The notes under the pieces were generated by a model. That model ran no database searches. It was not told the DNA's origin and saw only the letters and a list, made by a program, of their open reading frames with translations. A DNA stretch of 35,437 nucleotides from Coriobacteriales bacterium (GTDB taxonomy: Bacteria > Actinomycetota > Coriobacteriia > Coriobacteriales > UBA8131), in assembly GCA_031268525.1 (NCBI GenBank), contig JAIRXA010000101.1, positions 1 to 35,437 on the forward strand. The letters run 5' to 3'. Of the stretch, positions 17,474 to 26,419 are shown piece by piece. The position numbers and the translations under genes are program-made. Position 1 is the stretch's first letter; each line of letters opens with the position of its first letter.

Positions 17474-19630
17474 TCATAACGTATCCTCAGGGTCTGGGAA
17501 CGCCTGCTCAAGCTCCCGGGCGAGAAGGCGATGTTCGGGCTTGGTAAGCAGGGGATCGCGCGCCAGCAATTCATGGGCCTGCTGGTGCGCCACCTTGATG
17601 AGATCGGCATCACGCACGACGTTTACCAGCTTCAGCTGTCCCAGCCCATGTTGTCGGCTGCCCAGAATATCGCCTTCACGACGCAATTTCAGGTCATATT
17701 CTGCCAGCTCAAAGCCATCGTTGGTGCGCTCCATCGCTCCCAGACGCTCCCGGGCCTCATCGCTGAGCGCACCGGCAACGAGGAATATCTCGGCATCACG
17801 TTCTCCGCGACCGACACGTCCCCGAAGCTGATGCAGCTGAGAGAGACCAAAGCGATCCGCATCCTGAATCACCATAACCGTGGCATTGGGCACATCGACG
17901 CCGACCTCGACGACCGTTGTCGAGACAAGGATATCAAGCTCACCAGCCCGAAAGGCATCCATGACGGCTCGCTTCTCGACGGGTTTCAGGTGGCTGGTCA
18001 TCAAACCGATCCGCCGTTCAGGAAAGACCTTTGCGCGCAGATAGGCGACTTCCTGTTCGACGGCCTTGAGGGCTCCCTCATCAACCTCATCGGAAAACTC
18101 GGTCAACAGTGCGGGGCTGTCGGTCTCGTCGTCGTCGGGCGCATCGCCTTCCCGCCTTGCATCATCTGCCTGCTCATGGCTGATCAGTGGACAGATGATA
18201 TAGGCCTGCTCTCCCCTATCGAGAGCGCATCGAATTGCCTCATAGGCAAGATGGACGCCACTGCGCGCGATGACACGGGTCTTGCTTTTGGTTGCCGTTA
18301 TCGGACGCTCGCGGATGTAGGAGCATTCCATGTCGCCATAGATGGTCAGCGCAAGCGATCGCGGGATCGGCGTTGCCGTCATCGTCAGCAGATCGCAGCC
18401 GGAGCCCTTCTCGCATAAAGCTGCCCGCTGCGCCACACCAAAGCGGTGTTGCTCGTCGATGACCACAAGGCTCAGGCGCTGAAAGAGGACGTCGGGTTCG
18501 ATGAGGGCATGCGTACCAAACAGGACGCTGATATGCCCATTTGCGAGTCCCTCTCTGAGATCGCGGCGGACTGCGGCGGGAGTTGAGGAGGTCAGCAGCG
18601 CCCAGGGAATACCGAGCCGATCAAAGAGAGGCCCGAGTTTCAGTGCGTACTGCTCGGCCAGAACCTCGGTTGGGGCCATCATGGCGGCCTGTGTGCCACT
18701 GTCATGTGCGGCAGCCAGAGCGTGGGCAGCGACGATGGTCTTACCGGTGCCCACATCCCCGAGCAGCAGCCGATTCATGCAGCGCGCATCAGCCATGTCG
18801 GCGAGTATTTCGGCAACGGCACAGGACTGATCGGTCGTCAGACGGAAGGGAAGCGACGCCGTAAGCGCCTGACGAGCAGCCCCTGCGGTCAGATGCTTGA
18901 TCGGCTGAACGGTGGAAGTGGCGCGGTTGCGGCGAAGCATCATGAAAAGCTGAAGCTCAAAGATCTCCTCAAATGCCAGACGGCGATGTGCCTGCCTGCG
19001 CTCGTCCTCATCAAGCGGGAGATGGAGTGCTCGCAAAGCCGTCTGACGCGACCGGAAGTTTCCTCTTACCCGCAGAGTGGCAGGCAGAGGGTCGAGCAGC
19101 GCAGGCAGCCTGTCAAGTGCCTCCCGTATGATCCGCGCGATCCAGGCGCTTGAGATGTCGGCATTTGCCCGATAGACGGGCAGGATACCGCCGACCTTCT
19201 GATCGGTGGGAATGGTGGTGACGAGGGGCGATGCCATGCGCCAGTGCCCATAGCCATGCTCCACCTTACCAAGGAGCAGCAGTTTGCTACCCGTTTTGAG
19301 TGTGCGTGCCATCCAGGGCTGATTGAACCAGCTCGCGATCAGAACACCGCTTCCATCAAGTATCGAAGCCTCAACGATCATCAGACGGGGGCGTGGCCGC
19401 TTGATCTTGATCTCGTCGACCGTGCCCATGACACTGAGCTTCTCGCCGATGGTCAGATCGCGGATAGCCACCACCTGCGAAAAATCGTTATAGCGAATGG
19501 GAAAGTGAAACAGCAGGTCGCGGATCGTCTCGATCCCGAGACGCGCGAGGCCCCTCAGGCGTGCGCCCTGGGCGAAGCGCAAGCCCGTAACAGGCGTATG
19601 CAGGAAGTCGGTTTGCTCTATTCTGTCCAT
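17474..19630 (-). CDS. recG: ATP-dependent DNA helicase RecG
   Basis: 718 aa with a wedge/OB N-terminus, Walker A GDVGTGKT, DEQH box (VIDEQHRFG) and the helicase C motif QLHQLRGRVGRG. Confidence 0.95.
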   Translation of the reverse strand: MDRIEQTDFLHTPVTGLRFAQGARLRGLARLGIETIRDLLFHFPIRYNDFSQVVAIRDLTIGEKLSVMGTVDEIKIKRPRPRLMIVEASILDGSGVLIASWFNQPWMARTLKTGSKLLLLGKVEHGYGHWRMASPLVTTIPTDQKVGGILPVYRANADISSAWIARIIREALDRLPALLDPLPATLRVRGNFRSRQTALRALHLPLDEDERRQAHRRLAFEEIFELQLFMMLRRNRATSTVQPIKHLTAGAARQALTASLPFRLTTDQSCAVAEILADMADARCMNRLLLGDVGTGKTIVAAHALAAAHDSGTQAAMMAPTEVLAEQYALKLGPLFDRLGIPWALLTSSTPAAVRRDLREGLANGHISVLFGTHALIEPDVLFQRLSLVVIDEQHRFGVAQRAALCEKGSGCDLLTMTATPIPRSLALTIYGDMECSYIRERPITATKSKTRVIARSGVHLAYEAIRCALDRGEQAYIICPLISHEQADDARREGDAPDDDETDSPALLTEFSDEVDEGALKAVEQEVAYLRAKVFPERRIGLMTSHLKPVEKRAVMDAFRAGELDILVSTTVVEVGVDVPNATVMVIQDADRFGLSQLHQLRGRVGRGERDAEIFLVAGALSDEARERLGAMERTNDGFELAEYDLKLRREGDILGSRQHGLGQLKLVNVVRDADLIKVAHQQAHELLARDPLLTKPEHRLLARELEQAFPDPEDTL

Positions 19631-19651
19631 TGCACCTGAGGGGACAAGCCT

Positions 19652-21376
19652 TTATTCCGCAGCCATGACCAGCGGATACAGTGGCTGTTCGCCTCGATGG
19701 GCATCGATCTCAAGCTCAGGATAGGCATCTTTGATCCGTGCGATGATGTCCTCAAAATCGCTGTCGCTCAATTCTCTGCCAGCGAGAATGGTCAGCGTGT
19801 CAGCCTCTTCGGCTATGATCCCCACGAGTGTGATGGCAACCGAAACAAGATCGCTGCCAACGACTTCGATGCTGTCATCGGCTATGCCGATGATGTCGCC
19901 TTCGCAAATCGGTGCTCCCTTGGCCGTCTTGGCGTCCTTGATCGCGCGCGTAAGCTCTCCGGAATGCATTTCGGCGATTGCGGTCTGCATGGCCTCGGCG
20001 TTGTCGGCCAGCGAGGCATCGAGATCGGCCACGAACAATGCCGAAAAGGATTCCGGCACACTCCTGGTGGGGACCACCACGACCGTTTTCTCGCTGACCT
20101 CGGCGGCGGCGTTCGCGGCAAGAATGATGTTCTTATTGTTTGGAAAGATGATCACCTTCGAGGCATTGACCTGATCGATCGCCTGCAACAAATCCTGCGT
20201 CGAAGGGTTCATGGTCTGTCCACCACTGACGACACGATCCACGCCCAGGGAATGCAGGATTCTCTCCATGCCTTCTCCCGATGCAACCGCGATGAAGGCT
20301 ATCTGCTTTTCCGGGCCTTTTGCTTCATCGAGATCAGTCGCACGAGCCGTACCGGCCGCTTCGTCAGATGAAGGGCTGGACTCTGGGCTCTCGCTGTCCC
20401 GTGTAATATCTTTCAGGCGTTCGGCGCTTTGCAGGCGCATGTTATGGATGTGCACTTCTGCGACCTGCCCACGCTCGGTCATATAGGTCAGAACCGTGCC
20501 GGGCTCATTGGTGTGGACATGGACCTTGAAGTCGGGATGCGCCCCAACGAGAAGCTCGCAATCACCCATGCGAGCAAGAAATTCGTGCGCGTCGTCAAGC
20601 GCGAGATCGGCGCTGTTGAGCAGGAATTCGGTGCAGTACAGATAGCTGCTGCCCTCCCAATCATCAATCTGTTCGATGGCGACCTTGGGACCTGTGGGCG
20701 AAGCTTTGCCCGTCAGAAAATGCTCGAAAGCAGCGGTTTGCGTGCCTGCGATCGAGGCGACGAAGCCTTCGATCATCAGGGCGAAACCATAGCCTCCGGC
20801 ATCGACAACCTTGTTCTCCTTGAGCACCGGAAGCAAATCGGGTGTGCGGTTGACCGAATCAAAGGCTTCGCGCGAAAGTGCCTGCAATGTGTCCATCGGC
20901 CCCAGCCCCTCCGTAGCCGCCCTCTGTGCCCCCTCCGCGACATCGCGAAGGACCGTGAGAATGGTTCCCTCAACCGGCTTGCGCACTGCACTGAAGGCAA
21001 CTTCGACCGCGCGGGCCAGTGCCAGAGCGATTGTGGCGGCATCAAGGTATTCCGCCGCGGCCACCCCATCACAGATGCCGCGCAGAATCTGCGAGGTGAT
21101 GACTCCGGAATTGCCGCGAGCTCCCATGAGGGACCCGTGGGTCACCGCTCTTCGGATATCAGACAGAGTTGTGGGTTCCGGGAGCCCAGCGAGCTCGTGC
21201 ATGACACTCTCCATGGTCAAGGCCATGTTGGTCCCCGTGTCGCCGTCCGGCACAGGGAAAACATTAAGACGATTGACCTCATCACGATGGTCGAGGAGCG
21301 TCTGAGTTGCTGCAGCAATATGGTCGATAAACTCCGTCGTTGTGACAGCAAGGGGTGCCTCTGATGTGTTAGTCAT
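19652..21376 (-). CDS. DAK2 (DhaL-like) domain fusion protein, YloV family
   Basis: 574 aa with an N-terminal DhaL-type motif (FPVPDGDTGTNM) and a C-terminal DegV-like half. It follows an Asp23-family gene and precedes recG, as in the Firmicute yloU-yloV arrangement. Confidence 0.9.
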   Translation of the reverse strand: MTNTSEAPLAVTTTEFIDHIAAATQTLLDHRDEVNRLNVFPVPDGDTGTNMALTMESVMHELAGLPEPTTLSDIRRAVTHGSLMGARGNSGVITSQILRGICDGVAAAEYLDAATIALALARAVEVAFSAVRKPVEGTILTVLRDVAEGAQRAATEGLGPMDTLQALSREAFDSVNRTPDLLPVLKENKVVDAGGYGFALMIEGFVASIAGTQTAAFEHFLTGKASPTGPKVAIEQIDDWEGSSYLYCTEFLLNSADLALDDAHEFLARMGDCELLVGAHPDFKVHVHTNEPGTVLTYMTERGQVAEVHIHNMRLQSAERLKDITRDSESPESSPSSDEAAGTARATDLDEAKGPEKQIAFIAVASGEGMERILHSLGVDRVVSGGQTMNPSTQDLLQAIDQVNASKVIIFPNNKNIILAANAAAEVSEKTVVVVPTRSVPESFSALFVADLDASLADNAEAMQTAIAEMHSGELTRAIKDAKTAKGAPICEGDIIGIADDSIEVVGSDLVSVAITLVGIIAEEADTLTILAGRELSDSDFEDIIARIKDAYPELEIDAHRGEQPLYPLVMAAE

Positions 21377-21395
21377 GAAGAAGATCCTGTCGGGT

Positions 21396-21752
21396 CTAGG
21401 AGAGGTGGATACCCTGAACGTGCACGCGCACGTCAGCGACTTTGATCTGCGCGTAATGCGTCAGCACGTAACGGACACTGTCAGCGAGATTACGAGATAC
21501 GACCGCCAGGTTCGTCCCGTTCTCAATGATGACGAACAGGTCAAGCTGTGCGCCCTGTTCGGTGAATTCGACGAGAATGCCTCGTCTCAGACGGCGAGCG
21601 GGCAGCAGTTTGGCTATACCGTCTCCAACATTGGGGGCGGCCATTCCAACAACGCCATAGCTCTCCAGAGCGGCATAGCCTACCAGATCAGAGATAACCT
21701 CGTCAGCGATATTGAGCGCCCCGGGGATGGGGACTTGTGCTTCGGACGACAT
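21396..21752 (-). CDS. Asp23/Gls24 family envelope stress protein (YloU-like)
   Basis: 118 aa; IADEVISDLVGYAALESYGVVGM...VRVHVQGI is typical of the Asp23 family, and it is paired with the DAK2 protein. Confidence 0.88.
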   Translation of the reverse strand: MSSEAQVPIPGALNIADEVISDLVGYAALESYGVVGMAAPNVGDGIAKLLPARRLRRGILVEFTEQGAQLDLFVIIENGTNLAVVSRNLADSVRYVLTHYAQIKVADVRVHVQGIHLS

Positions 21753-21818
21753 AGATACGACCTCCGTGCCTCCAGGGAAGGAAAGTCACCAGTATACCAT
21801 GACGCCCTATGGTACCCT

Positions 21819-21852
21819 GAACACGAGTGGTGACAGAACACGAGTGGTGACT
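21819..21852. repeat. Perfect tandem direct repeat GAACACGAGTGGTGAC x2 with 17-bp period in the divergent asp23 / methyltransferase intergenic region
   Basis: Direct reading: copies at 21819..21834 and 21836..21851 are identical. A partial inverted match, GTCACC, lies at 21785..21790. Confidence 0.85.
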
Positions 21853-21956
21853 GGATGGAAACGCCTCTTTCGTTACGAACGTCTCTCCCGATCCCGTCTC
21901 ACTCAAACAGAACGTGATTAAAAGTCGTATACAGACAGCTTTACGGAGTGAGTTCA

Positions 21957-23762
21957 ATGCCCGATATAGCCCTGCGCTTCAACAGAGACACCATCATCGT
22001 CGACGGTGCCCTGGGTACCCTGTTGCAGCGAGAGGAAATACCAAGCGACGAGTGCGCAATGCTGCTCAACGTCTTGGATCCCGAGCTGATCGCCGATATT
22101 CATCGACGCTATCTGATGGTTGGGGCTCAGGCGATTACGACAAATTCCTTCGGCGGAACGCGAGTCAAACTCGCAGAATATGGACTGGCCGATCGTCTTG
22201 ATGAATTGAATCGCGCAGCGGTGCGCATAGCACGTTCCGTAGGACCCGAGCATATCCTCGCCAACATCGGCCCGAGCGGCCTTTTGCTTGAGCCCCTCGG
22301 CACCGCGACCTTCGATGAGGTCTTTGAGAACTACGTCGAACAGGCTCGCTCTCTGGCCAGCGAGGGACCGGACGCCTTTCTCATCGAGACGATGGCCGAT
22401 ATCGCCGATGCCCGCTGCGCATTGCTTGCCGTACGCTCCGTCAGCGATCTGCCCGTCTTCGTTTCCTGTACCTTTGATCACACCGGACATATGGAGCTTT
22501 CTGGCACAAGCCCCGAGGAGGCCGCGGGTATTCTGGAAGCATGTGGTGCTCAGGTCGTCGGCCTGAACTGTGGGCTTGGTCCCGCTGAATTGTTGCCACT
22601 TGCACGACGCATGGCGCAGGCAAGTTCTCTGCCACTCATCGTCTCACCGAACGCGGGAATCCCCTTTCTGGATTCTGCTGGTCGCACACGATTTCCGGGC
22701 ACGCCCGACGAAATGGCTCAGGTAGCAGTCGCACTGCGGGCTGCGGGGGTTCAGTTCATCGGCTCCTGCTGCGGCTCCGACCCCGTTTTTACCGGTGCCC
22801 TGTATGCCGGTGTCGGCGATACCGATGTCATTTGCCGCAAGCCGGAGACCTCTGAGCTCCCGATCTGCAGGGCAGCCGATGTGCAGGAACTCCTGACGAT
22901 CCTTCGAGCCTATCCCTCGCGTCCTGCTTCCGGTGGGGAGATCCTTGATGAGAGGATCGCAAGCGCGCTTGCCGATCTGCCAAAACGATTCGGCGCCGCA
23001 CCATTCGCCTCGTCAAGGACTGCTTTGACAAAGGACGCGACCACGTGGGAAGACGATGGAGACGGCGGACAGATGGACGAACGGAGCACCCTGTCCGAGA
23101 ACAACGCTTCGGACACCTCGGCAGTCATCCAATTGCAACAGGCCGTTCTTTGCGGTGAGCGCACCCACATGCGCGAGCACATTGACGCGATTGTCGCCGC
23201 GGGCATCGCACCCGAGCACATCGTCGAACGTGTGCTGACTCCTACACTCAAGGGTGTTGGAGAGGATTTCAGCACGGGAAAGGCCTTCCTTCCACAGATG
23301 ATGATGGCTGCCGCTGCCATGAAGGTCGCGATCGAGCGTATCCATGAATTGATGGTCGCGAAGGGAACGGACAGCACCGCAGGCAGGGTGCTGTTCTGCA
23401 CGGTCAAAGGTGACGTTCATTCCATAGGAAAGGACATCTGCGTCACTCTGCTCGAAAGTCAGGGTTTTGAGGTGGTCGATCTGGGCGTCGATGTCCCCAT
23501 CCCCCGGATCATCGAGAAGGCGCAATCAGAACAGGTCGATGTGATCTGTCTGTCCGCTCTGATGACCACCACCTTGCCGAACATGCGTGACGCGGTTGCG
23601 GCAATCCATCGTGAGCTCCCCCTGTATGCCACCGATCCCCATCATGGCGTCGCGGTTGGCGGAGCGGTCGTAACGCACGAGTGGGCCCAGAGCATCGGCG
23701 CGTATCATGCTCCCGACGCGCCCTCCTGTGTCTCTCTGATTCAGTCGATCTGCCGTTCTTGA
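21957..23762 (+). CDS. Homocysteine S-methyltransferase domain fused to a B12-binding cap and cobalamin-binding domain (MetH-like, lacking pterin-binding and reactivation modules)
   Basis: N-terminal Hcy domain with zinc-ligand motifs GLNCGLGP and GSCCGS. A C-terminal Rossmann domain carries DVHSIG (DxHxxG), SAL (SxL) and GG. Only about 110 low-complexity residues separate them. ATG 21957 is preceded by GGAG at 8 nt; the ORF-track GTG at 21948 is less likely. Confidence 0.85.
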   Translation: MPDIALRFNRDTIIVDGALGTLLQREEIPSDECAMLLNVLDPELIADIHRRYLMVGAQAITTNSFGGTRVKLAEYGLADRLDELNRAAVRIARSVGPEHILANIGPSGLLLEPLGTATFDEVFENYVEQARSLASEGPDAFLIETMADIADARCALLAVRSVSDLPVFVSCTFDHTGHMELSGTSPEEAAGILEACGAQVVGLNCGLGPAELLPLARRMAQASSLPLIVSPNAGIPFLDSAGRTRFPGTPDEMAQVAVALRAAGVQFIGSCCGSDPVFTGALYAGVGDTDVICRKPETSELPICRAADVQELLTILRAYPSRPASGGEILDERIASALADLPKRFGAAPFASSRTALTKDATTWEDDGDGGQMDERSTLSENNASDTSAVIQLQQAVLCGERTHMREHIDAIVAAGIAPEHIVERVLTPTLKGVGEDFSTGKAFLPQMMMAAAAMKVAIERIHELMVAKGTDSTAGRVLFCTVKGDVHSIGKDICVTLLESQGFEVVDLGVDVPIPRIIEKAQSEQVDVICLSALMTTTLPNMRDAVAAIHRELPLYATDPHHGVAVGGAVVTHEWAQSIGAYHAPDAPSCVSLIQSICRS

Positions 23763-23907
23763 GCCGCTTGTCATTCATCGTAAAGCCCTTGACCATCTAC
23801 TCTTTGAACCACTCGGTGGCCCAGATGCGAAACTGAGTACCACGTGTAGATCTGACTCTCAAGCCAAGGGTGATGATGACATCGAGGTTATAGCGTTTGG
23901 TGTTGTA
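23752..23907 (-). pseudogene. RhuM-family protein fragment (internal about 50 codons) with an in-frame TAG
   Basis: Minus-strand translation YNTKRYNLDVIITLGLRVRSTRGTQFRIWATEWFKE*MVKGFTMNDKRLKNG matches the conserved RhuM core (YNLD.II..GYRV.S.RGTQFR.WAT..LKEY.VKGF..DDERLK). The TAG at 23799..23797 replaces the usual Tyr. No N- or C-terminal parts are present. Confidence 0.6.
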
Positions 23908-23969
23908 TGAATGTGATCTATGTGTTTATTGCCCAACCGTACTTTAAGTCCAAACCTCCCTGCACAACA

Positions 23970-25004
23970 TCACTCGTTGATAAGCAGTGTCGTCATATAG
24001 ATGGGCAGAAAAACTACCTTGTCCTCGACAGCCAGGTTGGTTTCTGCCAGTACATAGGCTTCGTCTATGGCGTAGTTTTTCACAGATAAAGCTTTGTCCA
24101 AAGACGTGTGGGTGAGGTAGTTTGACGACGATTTGACCTCCAGGACAATGATCCCGCCGCCTCTGTCCTCAACGACAAAATCAAGTTCGCCGATTTTCTT
24201 GCCCGAATAATAGCGCAGAGCAAACCCATGGGCGACCAGTTCCTGGGCAACTGCGTTCTTGTAGGTTCCGCCAAGGTTGATGCTCGACCTACCATCCAGG
24301 ACGGCGGCTGAAACATCCTTGGGGAAGGTGCTCGTGAGCAGCCCGATGTCAGAGTAAAAGAGCTTGAACAGGCTGTGCGACTCATTGAGCAAAAGAGGAC
24401 TTATCGGCTCGCGCACATTATAGGCCGCCAAAGCCACTCCGGCATCAAGTAGCCAGAGGAACTCCTGCTCGATCTGTGTGAAGCGCTTGATGTCCGCAAT
24501 GGAACTGAGCTTAAAGCGTCTATTTTTACCTGCAAGCTCCGATGGGATAAGGTCATAGATGTTCTGGATGACCAGCCTACGGTCCTTGGGTGCATACTTG
24601 CCGATATCGCCTTTGTAATAGCGTCTGATATCATCTTGAACCGTGCGCACCGCATCTATGGAGTTTGCCTGAAGGTATGCATTGACCGCATCGGGCATAC
24701 CACCGACAAGCAGATAGCGGCGATACATCTGCATCATGCGCTCATGCAGGAATTTCTCGACCGGAATCCGATCCTGCATGGCTGCCCGTAGACTGTTAAA
24801 GACCTGCCAGTCAAGACCGTTTGCCCAGCAGAACTCCTCAAAGTCCAAGGGATACATCTGGACCTCTGTCAGGTAGCCAACTGGAAGCGAGCGGATGTTT
24901 TCTAAAGCTACCCCCAGAAGTGATCCGCTGACGATGAAATCGAAGTCACCCTTATCCACCAGAAACTTCAACCAGGTGATTACAATCAGAGTCGTAACAG
25001 TCAC
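23970..25004 (-). pseudogene. COG1373-type AAA ATPase with DUF4143 / PD-(D/E)xK-like C-terminus, 5'-truncated (Walker A/B region missing)
   Basis: Family similarity begins at about ITWLKFLVDKGDFDFIVSGSLLG. The ORF retains DUF4143-like regions and a nuclease-like ELDFVVED...LEVKSS, but no P-loop is encoded here or upstream in any frame. The first ORF codons (MTVTTLIV) are probably not native. Confidence 0.65.
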
Positions 25005-25017
25005 GAAGCTAGAGTAT

Positions 25018-25100
25018 ACACTTTTCCGAGATTTCGAGAAGCTTCTTTTAACACTTTTCTGTGATTTGCAGAGGATGATCTCTACACTTTTTCACACTGC
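25018..25100. repeat. Three copies of ACACTTTT(C/T)... spaced exactly 33 bp apart (25018, 25051, 25084), located at the truncation point of the ATPase gene
   Basis: Direct reading. The first two units share ACACTTTTCYGWGATTT (15/17 positions identical); the third is weaker (ACACTTTTTCACACTGC). Confidence 0.55.
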
Positions 25101-25135
25101 TGGTGTTGTTGCCCTGCGCAGCCAAAAGTGCCAAA

Positions 25136-25166
25136 GTGCCAAAGGGGACGGTTCGATTTTGGCACA
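25136..25166. repeat. 31-bp palindromic element, copy 1 (GTGCCAAAGGGGACGGTTCGATTTTGGCACA), preceded by partial stutters of GTGCCAAA
   Basis: Exact reverse complement of 26420..26450. Internally, GTGCCAAA and TTTGGCAC form an 8-bp stem around a 14-nt loop. Confidence 0.85.
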
Positions 25167-25426
25167 TACCATCGACCAGTGGCCGGGCCTCGAGAATGCT
25201 CTCAAGGATGGCAGGCTGCCACTCGATAATAATCGAGCAAAAGAACTGTATACGCCCCTTTGCAATCGGTCGCCGCAACTGGTTATTCTCCGACACTCAA
25301 GACGGTGCCCATGCCTCTACGGTGATCTATTCCATCGTCACCACTGCCAAGGGTAACGCCCTGAAGCCCCGTGAGTACCTGACCTGGCTCCTCGAGGAGT
25401 TGCCTAAGACCCAGGGAAGCAATTAA
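25159..25426 (+). mobile_element. IS66-family transposase (TnpC) C-terminal remnant with one frameshift
   Basis: Frame 1 reads AHTIDQWPGLENALKDGRLPLDNNRAKE. After a shift at about 25243, frame 2 reads IRPFAIGRRNWLFSDTQDGAHASTVIYSIVTTAKGNALKPREYLTWLLEELP, the conserved IS66 TnpC tail. No upstream transposase sequence and no IS ends are recognisable. Confidence 0.75.
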
Positions 25427-25430
25427 TCGG

Positions 25431-26318
25431 CACTTCCCTGGCGATACAAGTGGGCGAATCGTGGGTGTTGCCGCTCTCGATGGGAACTCAGCTGTCAATA
25501 TCAAGGCACGCAAAGCAGTCGTACTCACCACAGGAGGCTACGCTGGAAACTCAGCACTGGTGGAGATCTTGTATCCCACGTTCAAAAACGTTCGCGCCAA
25601 GTGCTCTCCTTCCGTCACAGGTGATGGTCTGGTCATGGCGGCAGAATGCAAGGCGGTGGTTATCCGCACCGGCACCTGTCCTGGCATGGAACCGGCGCTC
25701 AACTACGACAACGGCACGACACTCGTGTGGGACGCCATTTTGGTGGTATTGTGGTAAGCGATGAGGGCAAGTGCTTCCCTGCGGCAGATTTGCCGCATAT
25801 GAATGGTGGTACCGGACGCCTCTTGCAGGAACAGATCAACAAGCAGCAAAAATCCCTGGTACTGTGCAGTACTCTCCATGAACCCGATTCTGGAGATGAT
25901 GATGGAAGGGCCAAACAGCGCACAGCTTGAACAGGCTGACAGCATTGAGGAACTCGCCGCAAAGCTCGATATCCCTGCTGCCACCCTGCAAGAGACTGTC
26001 ACAAGCTATAACGGCTATTGCGCGGTAGGCGATGACCCGGAATTTGAACAAAAGGCCTTGGTGCCGCTGACTGAACCACCCTTTTATGGCGGTAGATTCG
26101 TCATCGCAACCACCCGGACCTTCGGTGGTCTCAAGACACATACCGACGTCCAGGTGCTTGGTTGGGCGCTAACCGAGGACGACGAGGTAACGACAGCCCC
26201 CATTTTGGGGCTTTATGCTGCCGGCGAGGTTGTTGAGTGGAACGCCTATACTGATTGGACCACCAGCAGAGCTCTCACCATGGGCCGCATTGCTGGACGC
26301 AACGCAGCTGCGGGTTAA
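25431..26318 (+). pseudogene. FAD-dependent fumarate-reductase / flavocytochrome-c-type flavoprotein, N-terminally truncated and frameshifted
   Basis: Family-like peptides are spread over three frames: GRIVGVAALDGNSAVNIKARKAVVLTTGGYAGN and VTGDGLVMA; GGIVVSDEGKCF; then ADSIEELAAKLDIPAATLQETVTSYNGY...PPFYGG...TFGGLKT...GLYAAGEV...GRIAGRNAA. It starts 5 nt after the IS66 stop. Confidence 0.7.
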
Positions 26319-26326
26319 GGCTGAGG

Positions 26327-26359
26327 GAGGGACGGGGCGCATCTGACGCCCCGTCCCTC
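26327..26359 (+). terminator. Strong GC hairpin (13-bp perfect stem GAGGGACGGGGCG / CGCCCCGTCCCTC, 7-nt loop) just after the flavoprotein remnant stop
   Basis: Direct reading. It lies 8 nt downstream of the TAA at 26316..26318. No clear T-tract follows, so intrinsic-terminator function is only presumed. Confidence 0.55.
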
Positions 26360-26419
26360 TGGCATTGAGGCCGTAACCCAGTCGACAAAGGTCAAACCAT
26401 GTACCCTGCTGAAGTGTTT

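Noticed and set aside
21753-21956. SAM or cobalamin riboswitch ahead of the Hcy/B12 gene
   Set aside because: I could not recognise conserved riboswitch cores or a convincing multi-stem fold by eye. Only the tandem repeat is reported. A covariance-model scan would be needed.
25018-25100. Possible CRISPR array (33-bp periodic motif; also the 30-bp repeats at 27866..27955)
   Set aside because: The 25-kb motif has only three degenerate 17-nt units with 16-nt gaps, far shorter than CRISPR repeat/spacer sizes. The 27.9-kb repeats are contiguous and in frame inside a coding sequence. No cas genes are present.
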